From: Octopus sinensis
Taxonomy: Eukaryota
DNA: 64,000 nucleotides
Direction of reading: 5' to 3'
Assembly: GCF_006345805.1 (NCBI RefSeq)
Contig: NC_043023.1
Span: 5,394,001-5,458,000 of the forward strand
The translations under genes and the position numbers were made by a program. Shown here piece after piece: positions 63,703 to 64,000 of the stretch. Numbering within the stretch: position 1 is the stretch's first letter; each line of letters begins with the position of its first letter. The notes under the pieces are model-generated. The model did no database searches, was not told where the DNA came from, and saw only the letters and a list, made by a program, of their open reading frames with translations.

Positions 63703-64000
63703 TAGGATATGGTGAATAAACTGTCATCTAAATTACGCAAAAATGAAAATAACACTGACATCTCATTTTAATAGATACATTTACCAAAATTACATAAAAA
63801 TATCTTGAAATACTAAAGAGTAAATTTATTCAATAAAATCACCATTGGCTTCAACAATGGCCTCTTGACGACTTCAGAATCTCCTGCGACTCTTCTGGAT
63901 GGTCTCCTTGTTTAAGTTGGTGAATGCTGCCATAATCCTTGCCTTCAGTTCATCTTTGGTGTTACAAGAAGTTTTGTTCGTCTCTAGCTCAACTGCACCC
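63703..64000 (-). mobile_element. Second maT-like transposon, 3' end (runs off the window)
   Basis: Minus strand: GAVELETNKTSCNTKDELKARIMAAFTNLNKETIQKSRRRF*SRQEAIVEANGDFIE*. Confidence 0.85.

Overview
AT-rich, microsatellite-saturated eukaryotic DNA with a 100-N scaffold gap at 12767-12866. The repeat landscape is what I recognise from coleoid cephalopods, probably Octopus (inference, no search run). Most of the window is interspersed repeats: several tRNA-derived SINE families (working names A-D), 5'-truncated RTE-clade LINEs with (GAT)n tails, one BovB-like RTE, CR1-like 3' ends, a Penelope-like element fragment, two DD37D/maT-type Tc1-mariner relics, several MITEs/foldbacks and many long hairpins. 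Only one convincing host ORF is present: 51711-53327 (+), 538 aa. It has an N-terminal 36-bp (12-aa) coding minisatellite and a C-terminal FHA domain resembling the TIFA/TIFAB family. Its stop codon overlaps a strong splice donor, and a phase-compatible candidate last exon lies at 59791-59956. Short Penelope-type repeats carry minimal hammerhead-ribozyme cores, one apparently intact (32550-32584). Repeat boundaries were read by eye and are approximate unless a TIR or TSD is quoted. Family names A-D and F are my own labels.
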